A stretch of 64,000 nt of DNA from assembly GCA_012026655.1 (NCBI GenBank), contig JAAILG010000840.1, forward strand, positions 1 to 64,000, in the 5' to 3' direction. This DNA comes from Hydrolagus affinis. Lineage: Eukaryota. The position numbers and the translations under genes are program-made. The notes beneath the pieces were generated by a model. It was not told the DNA's origin. It saw only the letters and a list, made by a program, of their open reading frames with translations, and did not search any database. This document shows positions 27,029 through 41,192 of this stretch, one piece after another (within the stretch, counting starts at the first letter, position 1; every line of letters begins with the position of its first letter).

Positions 27029-29194
27029 GTTGTATTTCTCAACAGTGCGAAGTGCTAATTTTTTTTAAACACACTTTGGGGTTACAAAAATAGAGGAGAA
27101 TAATAATTATAAATATGGGGAGAGAACATATACTGTATATTATTAATTGAACAAATGAAAAACCTAAGCATGAAATAATTGGCAAATCTACTTCAGAGAT
27201 AACCTGAACAATTTATCGAGGGTTTAACATAATGTTTGAGTCTCTGCCTTGAAACATAAACAGCCTCAATTTGATTTCAATTCCGTATCGTCAATGAGCA
27301 CCAGAGTAAAATGTCCCCTTGCATTTTTATATACCGACATAACACTATTTTATTAGATATGGCAGAGAGACTTGAGATAGGCTTTTATGGATCACAAAGG
27401 CAGATTGTTAAATTAATGCTGCATTTATACTTCATATTTGGCAGTCATTTTCCGCCAATGCGTAATAAAACAGGAGCCCAGGCAGCATGTGATAGTCTCT
27501 TTAATAATATAAAGCAACAGATCATGGCAATCTGGACCTTGGTGCTTCACGAGAGAAAAAGTAGTCTTTACAACATAATTCACAAGGTACAATTTGCAGC
27601 CATGTGGATAGGCTAGTACAAATAGGATTTCCCCCTTCACAGCATTTGCAGTGTTATAAACGCAGCATTAAGTAGCAAAAATGTTTTGTGGGTTTGATGT
27701 GTGTTTTATAGTCTTTGTCTGATATCTTTAACATTTTAGGGAGTGAGAAGCTGCTCACAGGAAACAAGAGCAAGTCAGGTGAGGATATAAGTGTGAAGAT
27801 GTGTGGTCTTCAGCAGTAATTGATGCAAATTACATTCGTTTGTTCCAAGCTTTAAGTGTATTCATTGTCTTCAGAATAACTACTGTACGTAGAAGGATGG
27901 TTGCATAAGAAAATACATTCTACTCACATTTATGTTTTGAGGAATAATTTATTTAGGCAAATGGTCAATCGTATTGGTTGAAAATGTTAAAACCTGTCGA
28001 GAGCGAGTCTGACAATCACAACAAGCTTTCTTTGATCGAGCATTGGATAATTATATGGAAATATTCTGAGTTAAAATTAATCTTGTGGTGCCACCCCATG
28101 ATGCTGATATTTGTGCATGACTTGCGTTGTGCAGTTACCATTAGTTGCATTCTGATCAATGGAAATCAGATAAGCTCTCGTTCCACAACAGCAATAAAAA
28201 TTGTATGGTTTGAAGGCCTCAGAAAGAAGACTTGTGTATTTTACATATTAATACTAACATATGCATCTTGGTGAATTAAAGATCATTAATGTGATCAAAT
28301 AGGAAACATAAACTTCATAGCTGGATGAGGGTTTGTTTAATGGTATCGACGGTATAGTATTTATAGATTTATTAAAAATAAAGGTTTATATTGCTATCTA
28401 CTTGTCTATAGACAGTATTCTCAGATCGTTTATAATGATTTGCATACCTAATAAGAGAAGCTAATTAGTTTTAAGCCAAGAATATAATTAATTTTACGTC
28501 AAGTGCCAATCATGCCTCAAATCTATGACTCTAAAATCACAGCATGCATATACAATGGATATTAAGTCACTTTAGCTCCCATTAAAAAAATTTCCCCAAA
28601 ATGCGGCTTTGTTGAATGCAAGATACTGCAGTGGAGTACTTTTATACAGTCTGAAAAACAGACATACATCACTTAGCTTTACACAGATATATTTAACATT
28701 TCCAACGGAATTAATAAAGCAACACTATAAAACACGTACATGAAAAAAAAGCATGTTCCTAAATTTTGTTCCAATGAATCCTCTGTTCTGCACTGATCCC
28801 ATCTCCTGCCCAGTTTTGTGGTTGGCAAAACCTGGCTCATCTGTAACAGATCTTACAGTGCTTTGGGACATCTTCCCGACGTGAAAGTAACTGTATGAAC
28901 GTCAATTTGTAATTATAATTTGTATCGTATGTGCGTCAAAATATACTTTAGTGTTTTATGGGTCGTTTGTATTACGGGAACATCGAAGAGCAGCTTTGTT
29001 AGAACCTCTAAGGCTTTGGCCATCAACCCAGGTTTTCATTGCAGCTGATGCTATGCTTGCAGCAATGCTTCTTCTATTCTCTGGTAAGATTACATTGATC
29101 ATTTGCTGCAAATGATAACTTCAAAGACAAACTGGGAGGTGGCTGAGGCAGTGTTCATACTGCTGCACCCAGGCCCAAGCAGTTGGCAGGCGGA

Positions 29195-29528
29195 ATAATA
29201 ATAAGAATAATCATTGCATTTTGATATAGCGTTTTTCACACCTTCTAGACGTCTCAAAGCGTTTGACAGAATGTACTATAAAGTGAATTGACTGTATATT
29301 TGTGGGCGAAACACAGCAGCCAATTGCGCACAGCAGTGTCTCACAAACAGTCGTGGATTGAAATGACCAATTTTATTATTGTGTTTTTTTTGAGGGATTA
29401 TTATTAGGTGTGTGTGTATATGGAGTAAGGAAACTTGCTCAAGGTTTCGCCCTGACCTGCCTGGATTCAAACTCAGGTCTCACTCTTGTAAGGCAAGTGC
29501 TCGAACCACTGAGCAACACTACTCCACA
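29195..29528 (-). mobile_element. Full-length tRNA-derived SINE
   Basis: Tail, body and head (gtgctcgaaccactgagc) all read on the reverse strand. Confidence 0.88.
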
Positions 29529-29726
29529 TATGACTGAAATGGTCCAGTTCTTAGATATTGTCAATGATTATATTAGTTCCATCTTATTGATTAATTTGCC
29601 AAATGAAATGTATGTGAAGGAGTCACCCTGCCTCAGCTCTCCCCTTTCCCATTTGCTTCTCAATCCCACTGATGATCAATTTCAGACTAGTTTCAGAACT
29701 GGAGTCTTTCAATTATCCAGCCTATC

Positions 29727-30080
29727 AACAACAACAACAACTTACATTTATATAGAGTCCTCCACATCGGGTTGTGTCTCAGAGCGCTTAACTACATTGG
29801 AGCCTGAGGCCAAACCAGTGGGAGGGGAGGAAGTGACCATAGACACGGTTGAAGTGAAAGGTCTTCAGGTGCGACCTGAAGATGGGGAAGAAGACGGCAA
29901 GGCAAAGGGGTTGAGGGAGGAAGTTACAAAGTTCCAGGGCATAGTGGCTGAAGGCACGGCCGCCGATGAAGTATTCAGGGGACAAAAAGGAGGCTGGAGC
30001 AAGTAAAGCGGAGGCAGTGGTTGCTGCTGTGAAGAGAGAAAAGTTTAGAGAGATGGGAGGTGCCAAGGAATTAAGGGACA
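29727..30080 (-). mobile_element. L2 LINE 3' fragment with ORF2 C-terminus
   Basis: Translation GGRAFSHYALELCNFLPQPL...FRSHLKTFHF fits the L2 motif GxRAFSxxAPxLWNxLP...FKxxLKTxLF. Ends in a (TTG)n tail. Confidence 0.85.
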
Positions 30081-30494
30081 TTTTATCAACCGCTAAAATA
30101 CACAGCCAAAGTGCTTTGCTTTCAACGCGTTTCCATTAAAAAGCCAAGCAGACGTACATACAAGTGAAGATGAAGATTTCTATTTCTGATCTCCCAGATG
30201 AAGATCAATACTCTACCACCATCACCACAGCTCCTGATTTGGGATTGTTAATGAAAACATCATTCAAATAGAACATTTGTTTAAAACAGCTGCGGGACTT
30301 CCAATACGTTGTCAAGTGTTGACTGGCTGTTGGTTTAACCTATAAATTACCAATTAAATAACCTCCTCTAATTTTTACTTCCAATTATCTGACACCTATA
30401 ATGCAGTACAATAGAGCATATATTTATTGGAAAAAAATACTAGATATGGCATTGTACAATACCAGTGGGACAAGACTGGTATCAAAGCACTCGC

Positions 30495-30790
30495 AACACC
30501 AACACCAATTAGCATTTATATAGCGCCTTTCACACTGGCATCTCAGAGCACTTACAGAGGGCAGTGTAGAGCAAAATCTCCAAATTAGAAGCTGGAAAAC
30601 TAGGAAACTAGTGCTTTCAGCCACTACACCTCAAAACTCTGTCACTCTCTCCCTCAAGCCCTTTGCCTCACCCCCTCGCTTCCTCCCCACTTTCAAATCC
30701 CGCCTAAAGACCTTCCTGTAGAGTCCTATAGCTCAGTGGTTAGAGCACTCGCCTTACAAGCGAGAGACCTAGGTTCGATCCCACCAGAAC
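30495..30790. mobile_element. Composite: L2 tail (-), L2 ORF2-end fragment (+, 30612-30718) and an isolated SINE tRNA head (+, 30719-30790)
   Basis: gctttcagccactac...aaagaccttcct, then tagctcagtggttagagcactcgccttacaagcgagagacctaggttcgatcc. Confidence 0.72.
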
Positions 30791-32483
30791 TGGGTTAAAC
30801 TTACAGAGGTACAGAACAGCTGGGTAAAAGCAAACATAGTTGCTGCAGCAAGAAAGATTTCCATAAAAGGATAGCCCACATTTTAGGAATTAAGTTCCTA
30901 TTCCTGAAAGATTAAATAAATCATACGTATCACATGGTGGAAGTCATTGGACCAAGCTTTAAAATGCCCTTTCGTTTAAAATAAACCTGCGTTTGCATCA
31001 AGAATTCTTCAAAACGATAGGATAGACATGATGAAGTAGACATCTGCTTGATAAGAATATAAACTTAGTCTGATCGCTTTTAATGGTTTAATCTAAAAAG
31101 AGAGCGTTTCTCAGAGGACATTTTGTTCTTACTGCAGATGTGTACGCAGATTTTTGTTTGCTGCAGTCAGACAAAGATCGTAACTTCTCATCATGGATAA
31201 AACATTTTGCTGTGTGAGAAACATAAGCTTGTCAAATCAACAGAATGACTTTTTTCCATTTAAAACAACACAATAAAACACACGGTAGGACATCATTGCT
31301 ATTCTATTCTAATCATTCACTTCTGCAGGGAAAAAGAGAAAAACACATGAACCAAACAGTGTGAATGATTTACAAAGAGCCGGTGCTGGCAATAAACTTC
31401 CACAGGTACACGTTTGTGATCCATAAGCCTTAAATCACGCAATGACACTCATCAATCACAAGTGTCCCTTGCTGCATGCTCTTTTCCAGCCATTCTCTGG
31501 TCAAGTCAATTGATCCGAAAGCAAGATTCTGAATATGGAATGTCTACTTGTCACACTGAAGCCATGCAGCAGCATTCATTAGCAGCACTCTGCTCTGGGT
31601 ATGAAGAGATGGATGACCTTTTTGTTGAGGCTAGTGCTGCTACAGTTACCCCAGTTTGCCCAGTAAGCTCAGATACAGACGCTGAAGAAATATTTCCACA
31701 CGTTATTTTCATAGACAATGTGGTGATACGTAAAGATACTGAAATACTCCATGAAAGCAAAATCGGTACGCCATATCCACTGTGTTCCTCGGTTACATTT
31801 TTAATGTCATTTTCATGCTGGTGTTGTTAATATGGAATAATCCGTGAATGTTTTGATGAAACCACTCGCTTTTGGAATGACATTCTGGACGATTCAAAAA
31901 AAACGAAAGCGACTAAACCAATGCAAAAACGATCCAATATAAATAAACATGTTTTAGTTTTAGTTCACGATCCACGTTATTCGAGTGAAATGATTTGGAA
32001 TTCAGGAGCAAGCCAAAACAAAACTTTGTACCTCTGAATTGGAATATTTGGGTTGATTGAAAAACAGGCAAACAATCCCTAGCTTTTAAATTTGGTGGAA
32101 AAAATATGGGAGTGTGTCCATGAACTATTTTAATGTGGTCCAATCAAAATCTACTCACCATAATAGCCATTGAATTAGATGTAGATCTAGATTCCCTGCA
32201 GGTACAAGCAGGTGCACACTGGAAATTCATTCCAGTAAATAATGGTTTCTAATTTCAAACTCACTGAGAAGAGAAATGGTCAACGTTGGACAGGCTATTG
32301 ACATGAAACACTAACACTATCACATTGGTTTGCCGTTAAGGTTTTTGCCTCCGATTAATAACCAGATTTCTTTGTGGTAAACGGTAGAACGAATTATAAC
32401 TTTTTATTTGATTGTGGGAGGTCAAGAAAATATTTATATATATTGCTTTCTCTGTTACAAACATACTGGAAGTGTTGTTAAAC

Positions 32484-32517
32484 AGCATAGCCATGAATGG
32501 AGCATAGCCATGAATGG
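32484..32517 (+). repeat. Perfect 17-bp tandem duplication
   Basis: agcatagccatgaatgg repeated twice. Confidence 0.9.
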
Positions 32518-34904
32518 AGGAATTATTTTATGCAGCCAAATCCTCCTCTCACCAGTACAATACCAAGGCTCGCAGACTTCAAAGAATCTTGGTAATGCAA
32601 TGTAGGAATGGCCTGGAATGCATGGCGGATTATTCCGTCTCAGTAAGCATTCCAAACAAGAAAAACAAAACAACAAATTTTGAACCAAGAAGTATAAAAT
32701 GATGAAAAATTCATGTGATACAGTATTGATATGTTTTCATAAATATCATGGCAGGTCTGGCTACTGGAGTGTGATTGTATAACATCCTACTTGCAGACCT
32801 GACATCCTATTCTCCTATGAATTTGTTACTGGTGTTTTTATGTGGTTGGTTCCATTCAATGCATAAGATACATCACACTGGTAGTCAGGATGCAGCATTA
32901 CATAAACAACCCTCTATTGCCTTGGACTTCGGGAAAAATGGTACTTAATATACTGCCTTTCCTTAAGTCACAACAAGACTATTTCTCTGCAATTTTGTGC
33001 CTCTGTGGTCCCATAACTATTGCAGTGCAATATTATACGTTCATATCACTATAGCTATCAGTGCAATGATGTGTCTCTACCCAGCACTTGCTATCATGTA
33101 GAAGAATTGACATCTCGGTTACATTTCCAGCACATTCACAAGATTGTTCTGGCAGTGTCCTGGCCTCTCCCACCTTACCTAACAACCTCTTCCAGTCAAT
33201 AATTATTCTCTGCGTAAAGAAAAACTTCCTTTTACAGCTCGAAATCTATGTCCCCTTGTTCTACTGCCTTGTTGCATTTGAAAATAATAGTCTGAGTTTA
33301 TTTTTTCAATCCTATTTAAAATTATGTACTTTCATGTATTAATGTACTAGAACCATCAGGTCCTCTCTGTCATCTTCTCTCAAGCCTGCTGAGCCCTAGC
33401 TTGTTTAGTTGTTGCTCATTCGCATAATACTGCTGATCTTCTTCATTGCTCCGTAGAGTATTGCTTCATTGTGAAACAGACCAACCTCACCCAGTCCAAT
33501 AGGCTTAATAATTTTGGACTAGACTGCCCTCTGGAATAAAAATGAGGTTTCTCAACAGACTGCCAAACAGCACTACACAATTTCTACAGAAAATTCCCTT
33601 CTAAATTTAGGCTGCATATTAAACAATTTGCAAACTTGTTAATGCAAATTTCTAATAAGCATTGAGAATGGGGCACAACTCTGATGGGAACTATAATGTG
33701 GCCAACACCACCAAATGTTGGACGCAAATTTTACCCACAATGTTTGAAGCATAAAAGCAAAAACATATGCAGATATAGCAATATTAATCTGAAACAACAG
33801 ACCTAAAATAGTGATGTTTGTGGAAAGGTGAAGTAATGCTCCCTGTGGAATTTTGATGGTGTACAATTTGTCCGTGCAACATTATTTGGACACTTATGAA
33901 ACTATTAACATCCCCTGAAAAATATTACAGTACAGTATTTGGTTTAAAAAAAGGCATGTATGCAAAATCCATTTTTGAAAGCGTAGAGTTAATGATAGGA
34001 CATTATCCTTTTTTTTCAAACTTTGGTTATTAATTTTGTTTTAATAAACAAATCAAATAAAAGCAAATTAATTCCCCCACCCCCTCCCCCACCACCCTTC
34101 CCTCTCTCACACACACATCCCTAGTAAAACAGTGGCTTGTGGGCATGATAAAATAACATTCCCCCCAAACTGTTATAGTTCCTGCTGTGTTTTTCTTATT
34201 AGATCGGATGGAATACAGCATTATGATCTTATGCTGATTGGTACATCACTGTGGGGACTACAGATAATTCCAATTATAGTAAAAAAAACAGCTGTCCTTA
34301 TCGAGCATTTCATGTCAACTTCAACTTCAGCATAAGCCAAATTGAAAATGTTAACCAACGCTGGCGTTGTTGCATCAAGAGGACAATTGTTTCCAGTGAC
34401 AAAAATAATTATTTTTACCATTTGGTTTTCCGCCGAGTACGAAACAAAATCCATTTCAAACCCTTCATCTCATTTGAATTTGCACATTCTTCAAAGGTAT
34501 AGTTGTGTGATTTCAAAATGTGCAACACACTCCAGTTATTCATTTCTTAATCCCCCAGAAAACAACTATGAGTGGGGACTCGCATTGGAAACCAGCCTGA
34601 ATTGAATGTCAGCACGATCTCAATTATTTTACAATTAGAATATATTCCTAACATCGGGGTGCTGATTTCAAATGGATCTGAAGTTTAAATTCTTGTGTAT
34701 GTATTGCTCTCCCAATCATGCAGCACATTTTGCTTACCCAGACAGAAACGTTGACATTCCAGTTTCAAACAGATTCAAGTGTCAACTGTCCTGAATGCAG
34801 GTCAAACGAATGAAGGCATTTTAAAGTTTGTGAAGTGCATTTTGACTTGGCTCCATTTAAAAGAGCATAATAAATACTGAATGAGAAAAAGGTTATTTGA
34901 TCCA

Positions 34905-35126
34905 TTAAGACCATATTTTTAGGAGACATTGTAGAATTTTCTCCATCAATTTACTTAGATGTCCGATCAAAGATTTCCAAAATGAACCTCCGATATTTCC
35001 AATTTGCCACTTGCTTTCCATTATGTTTAACTTGCCATTAATTCCAGAAACTTGACTTTCGTTCAGCAGCCTTTCATCCACAATTTCATTAAATGTTTTC
35101 TGGAAACCGAAATAAGTTGTAGCCAC
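34905..35126 (-). mobile_element. Degraded CR1/L2 reverse-transcriptase fragment
   Basis: YFGFQKTFNEIVDERLLNESQVSGINGK resembles YLDFQKAFDKVxHxRLLxKxxxxGIxG. Confidence 0.6.
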
Positions 35127-35389
35127 TGTACAGCCCAGTACAGGTCTGCTAATGCACTTACCATTGCAAAGAATGTAATGGACCTGAGTGGATGCTTCTA
35201 AAATTATGCAAAATAATGGCCTCTACATTCTTTACATGAACAAGGTATTAAATGTTTTCCATAAGGATGTCAGACTAATCACTTTTCCCCCACTCGCTTC
35301 ATGTCTTGGAACTTTTTGGCACACTAGGATACAATTTAACGTGAAGAATGTGAAAAACCTCTTCAAAAAAACAATTAAAAAAAAAATAA

Positions 35390-35568
35390 AAAATTGGTCA
35401 TTCAATCTACGACTGTTTGTTGGACACTTCTATGCACAATTGGCTGCTGTATTTCGCCCACAAAATATACAGTCAATTCACTTTACAGTATATTCCATGA
35501 AGCGCTTTGAGAAGTCTCGAAGATGTGATACAGCGCTATATCAAATGCAAGGATTATTATTATAATAA
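35390..35568 (+). mobile_element. SINE 3' module
   Basis: aattggtcattcaatc...gcaaggattattatt. Confidence 0.82.
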
Positions 35569-35877
35569 TTTACAATGTTCTGGTCCTCATTTCAGCACCT
35601 CTATATTCAAAGCTCGTAAAGATATTAACCATGCTGTTCCCAATTTCCTTGAACATTCTGAAACAAATCTGGTTCATGTGTCCTGTGGATACTTAAGTTC
35701 TATTTATAGATTGTTGTGCATTATGCCACTTTAGATAAGTCACATGTCTCACAATTGCCTAACCATTTCTAAATCATTTTGTGAAGCTTTTGCTACATCC
35801 TTGGTCTCCAGTATGTCATCAGCAGATCTGACCACTTTATTTGGTGGATTCGGTTCCCCCGCCATTGACGTGAATAG

Positions 35878-36195
35878 AAGAAGAACGTGCATTTTCATCG
35901 CTCTTCATTACATTAAAACAGCACAAAGCACCTATTGCCAAGTGTAATTACTGTCAAATATAGTGACTGTCTTGAGTTAAATGCTGCCAGCATTTTGCGC
36001 ACAGCAAGGTCCCTCAAACAACCAAGAAGGGAATCAATCGCCTGAAGGATTGTTAGTCAGAACGCTAGGAGAAATCTCTTTCTGAATATTGTCTTGAGAT
36101 CTTTAAAATCCACTTGAAAACACAGGGCCTTGGTTTAACTTGTCACCTTAAATACCACTGATAATGCAACATGCCCTCAATACTGCAAGTGCCAA
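35878..36195 (-). mobile_element. Ancient DeuSINE (SacSINE1/AmnSINE1-like) copy
   Basis: ttttgcgcacagcaaggtccc, gagatcttta, ggccttggtttaac and ccctcaatactgca occur in the order expected for this family. Confidence 0.6.
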
Positions 36196-37534
36196 AGTAA
36201 CATTTGTTAAAGGAATTCAGTATTTTCCTGATATTTCCTCATAATTTTACCTCTATATATTTTTGTGGGGTTTCAAAGAGGATCTTTCAATGATGCAAAT
36301 GATAAGATCCCAGATGTCAGCCAGGAATAACAAATGGATAAGTGGGTTTATTTCAGTATTAAAACAAAATAACAGACACAACAATTCATTTTGACCTGTG
36401 TTGTATTGTTGGCTCTCAAATAGGGGGAATCTTTGTACATGGACATGTTGCGTTAATGTCTAATCCACCAATATAGATCTAATGAAGGAGTTCAGATCTG
36501 AACATATAAACCATATGGTTAAGGCTATGTGTAGGATACTAACTACATCTATGTACAGTATATATATAGAATGTCACCAAAATTGTATTTATTGTAAAAA
36601 AAAAGGTATACATGAGCTGTTTTGTGAGAGTGGACTAAATGAGCTGGAAGAATATCTGGTTAAGAACAGGGATTCAAGGTTGTAAGGATAAGTATAGAGA
36701 TAGAGGATTAAATACTCTTTGAAACACTATGGTTTCTGTCCCGTTGGGACGATGGAAATGCCATCCGAGAAAAGCAGCCAGTCAAGGCTGAATAATGTAG
36801 ATTATGCTGTTAGATTGAAACCTTGGGAGTTTTTGCTCAATTACCTTCAAGAAGGGAGAAATGTCAGCATTTTTCTTGGAAGTTTTACTTGTGGTTCACT
36901 TCCCACAGGAGATTTGAGTAAGTTAGGAAGAGTCCATGAAAGCGTGCATGGTTGGTAGTACAAATAAGTGGATTCAATGGGTCACATTCCTTTTCTAATT
37001 CCACACCTTTTAGGACATATTTTATCAACGGTCATTGGGTATTCTGGTTACGTTTTGTTGGATACTTTTGTGGATACTTTTCCTTTTATGAATCACATAA
37101 ATTAAAAAGGCAATACTACCGCAGCAGAGAATAACTAACAAAACACAGTCTGAGCATTGATCCTGGAAACTTTTGGTCGGCATGATGTAATTGCACACGG
37201 CACAGTGGCTTCAACAACTGAGCCATCATAAGAATCCTTTGAACTGTGTTTAAATCAAACCCAGTATGTGATCGGTGGAGTCACTTGTGAGAGGGTCAAA
37301 ATATTTAAGTTATTGAAGGAATAACTGGATGGACAGCTCTTCGCAGTTCTTTTTATATAGTGCAGGCAGGAGAATATTGATGCAATAACATACTTAATAC
37401 TGTATATAGGATTAATACAAGTGAAAAATAAAATATCAAACAGGAACAGAGCAGTAGAATTAATGTTGAATTTTCTTTTAAAAATTGTTATCCCTACGTT
37501 TAATATTTGTAGTTTAGAATTATCATGGTGATAT

Positions 37535-37722
37535 TAATAATTTGATCACTCAATCCATAACTGTTTGTGGGACACTGCTATATGTAATTGGCTGCTGCAT
37601 TTCGCCCACGAAGTATACAGTCATTCACCTTACAGTATATCCTATGAATCAGTTTGAGACGTTTTGCTTGAAGATATGATAAGGTAGTATATCAAATGCA
37701 AGGATTATTATTATTGTTTATT
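37535..37722 (+). mobile_element. SINE 3' module
   Basis: Body and tail match the other copies. Confidence 0.8.
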
Positions 37723-38690
37723 ATGCTCTTAACTAAATGCTGACATTTCAGTAACTTAAAAAAAGATAGTCTTTTTAAACAAAAGATAAAAATTCTTAAA
37801 ATTAAAACGGATCAAAGAAATTCAAGGAAGCAAATAAGATTTTAGATTTGCATTGCCATGTTTGCATCACTTCAAATGCAAAATGTTTATATTCCCTCAA
37901 TACATTTTAGTGTCACTTTGTTCAAAATTATTTTTTCTGATGCATCAGTGAGTGATCGATATCTTTAGTTATAGGTATATTTTCAGTGATGAAAAAAGGT
38001 TTTTTTTAAAAAAAATCACAGCCTTCGTAACAATGCAGAGTACATGGTTTTGAACAAACAGACAATGCAATGTGTGGATAAACTGCATTCTGCACATTAA
38101 ATCATAGCATAGCAGTGACTGACCTTTTAAACTATTCATTACTTTGCTGTTCATGTATTGATGGCTTCCCACTCTGGTTTAATATAAGAGGTATCTCACA
38201 GTTTAAACATGGATGATCCTTTTTTTATGAGATTTAATATTCACAGTGGGTTAAGAAAGGATATAAGTACATTTCAGTCTAGAGTATTTCTAAGCATAGA
38301 AAAAATCACCAGGATAGTGGGCGGGGGGGGGGGGGTGGGGTGCTATATTATAATTGATATTTAATTTTTCATAATTTTTTGTTTTTATTATTGATGAATG
38401 TTGCCTGGGTGGTGGGGGGGGTGGGGGGGTTCGTGGGGAGAGAAGAAGAGAGGAAAGGGAAAACTAAAGTGAAAATATTATTTAAATTCTGATCCCAGAG
38501 AGAAGCTGAACTAGCTGAAGCCTTTACAACCCAGGCAAAATCCCACGGGAGCGTGCTCTACGGACAAATTAATACCTTAGAGAATAGCACAGAATGGTGG
38601 CAATGAACTCATTTGTTCCTCCCGATAATGAAGAATGACTTTTTCTCTTTACCACATCGGTGACTGTTGCTATGGCGATTGTGGACTTAC

Positions 38691-38773
38691 CTCATTGCTT
38701 CACGGAGAGCCCCTCGTTCGCTGAGAGTGGTGTGTTTGATGTCATCGAAATTATTCTCCAGTTTCTCGTAGCC
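38691..38773 (-). CDS. DPYD: DPYD exon 3 (83 nt), [27 protein letters not shown](R)
   Basis: tttattctag acceptor and gtaagt donor. Near-identical to human [26 protein letters not shown]. Not in the ORF track. Confidence 0.96.
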
Positions 38774-41192
38774 CTAGAATAAACCGAAAAGGTAAAGACA
38801 TTTTGCATGTAATGGTTTGTTTTCATGCTCACATATTAGGACAGATCTGTTTTCAAGGAACCTATTCTAGTCAAGTGTTTCTGGTGCATAATCAAAATTG
38901 ACATTATAAACCTGCCAAAACAAAAGTCAATCTGATTCACAATGTGGTTGTCATGGAAATCTTATCACTAACTCGCCACATATGAGAGGGATGCACACGA
39001 GAGCAAGCCACAGATATCCGATTACAAATGTTGCATTCTAATGTGCATCATTTGATCTTTTACATGTAAACAATATATGTAAATGTATATATATATATAT
39101 ACAGATACTGTATGTATAAAAATATGTACATTTTGCATCACTTTTTCGGGAATTGGTTTTTCTTATGATATGCTACTAGAACATTTAAAAACAATGATCA
39201 TACTCTGGGCTACATGCAACTAATTCCCTAAAATTACATTAATTGTCCTAGGGATAAATCACAGATTAAGCAAATTTAGAAAAGAAACAAAAAGCAATCA
39301 CCCACTTGTCTTACATTCCTTTGAGAAACAGCAACACAAAGAGATCTAATCAAATCCACAGCACATTTTTAAATGCCTTTGTAGATGTCGGTTCACTTAT
39401 TGAGATACGAATCTTCAGGAAAAATAGTGAAACGAGAGGAGCAAAAAAATCATGGAAATGGTTTCAAAAAAAAAAATCAAGAGGAAAAGAATAACGGAAT
39501 ATAGAACAGCAAAATAAGTATAGGTGAAGGAACCGGAGATTTGGAAAAGCGAAAATAAGCAAAATAAGGTGAGTTGAAAGAAAGCGAATGTAAAACAAAT
39601 GCAACAAAAGTAAGTAAGGTTTGATTATAGACAGTCTACAATAGCCGATGTTTATACAGTCACTGCACCTAGTTATAATAATTCCTCCTCTTCCCTCATG
39701 GATTACCTATGTAATGTTTTGAGGCATCTAGAAGACGTGAAAAGCGCTATATCAAATGCAAGGATTATTATAAGTTCATGGAAAGCACTCTATGGATCTT
39801 ACAAGACTGATTCATTAACTTTATCTACACAGTACACAGCTTCATCCCACAAGATGTTGTCTTTACAATGTCGGGGAGAAATTCTACCCCGAGTCTAATT
39901 TACTCTATTTATGCTTCACTTCAGAGCTTCCAGAATTTGGGAGCAAATAGCTTAATAACAGCTTTAATTTTGAAGCCAGTTTTCTTTACATTCTTTTAAG
40001 AATGACAGAAAACTGTTTTCAAAAGTTGAGACTGAATTTGGCAACTTGTCACATGCAAGAAATTTAAAATGTTGCATAAGTAAATATATTATGTGTACAT
40101 ATATATATATCTATACGTTCAAGTACAATACTTTTTCTAGCGTTATTTTCTCAATGGTGATCGCAGAAAGATGCAGTTGTGTTTACAGATGCTTGCCTAA
40201 GATTTGCAAATCCATTTTATACCTATACATTCAGGTACACTATTATAGGCATATCGAGATTATAGACATAGAATAACAGGACCACACAGTGACAGATACG
40301 TAATGCTGTCTGAGGGAAAGCAATTTTTTCACATCTTTAAAAGTCACTTAATATTTTTCAGCCATGCAACTTTTCAATTCCGTGCTAACTAAGTAATCCA
40401 CTATTGACACCAATGTATTTACGTTTAATGCTACTTAAATTCAGGTAATAATGGACACCTTCAAGCAAACTGCAAAGCACCCAGTTCAGGCAGTCAATAT
40501 TCAGATCAAATTTGTTTACCAATGTGACTGTCTTTTTGTGACGTTTCTGTGACGTTTTGTCCATTTCAGATTGCTAAAAAACAACTGTATTAAGGGCTAT
40601 GTTTACTAAATGTAAATCTGTTTCAAAAGGAAGTGTACAACCGATGTAACATCAAGCAGGGAAAATGAGATGGAAAAGGTAACAAAATTTTGAGGGGAAA
40701 TATTTGGTTCTGTGCTAACAACATTCCTCTAACTAACTCCTTCGATCACAGAGGTCCAATTGTTTGAGTTGAAGTTTTCTGATATCCTTTGAAGGAAAAG
40801 TAATATTGTACAACACAATATTGAAGGGTAAAATGAATCACATGGGATGCCTCATGGTATTACTTTTTTGTATTTTCCCACAAGGGAATTTGCAATATGC
40901 TGTATTGTACAGCAGTTTTTAAGCTTTTATAAGTACCTTACAAAAGAAGCATGGTTAAGATTTTTTTTCTTTTTCAAGGACTTGCACAGAACCCGATGAA
41001 AGGTCCTTAATAAATGGATTTGAGACAGTCGAAAACCAACCAATGTGTCCTCAGTTCACAGCTGACTTGGAATAAGTCATAAGTCTGAATTTAACCACAA
41101 ATCTAAATTACCCACTGTATCAGGTTACATAGGGTGAAAAAACAGGTGAGAATTTACCAGTCGTGCTTTTTAACAAATAAACATGGCTCCTA

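Noticed and set aside
29410-30006. 198-aa ORF, the longest in the track
   Set aside because: It is stitched from an antisense SINE head, unique spacer and antisense L2 sequence; no ATG start and no coherent protein.
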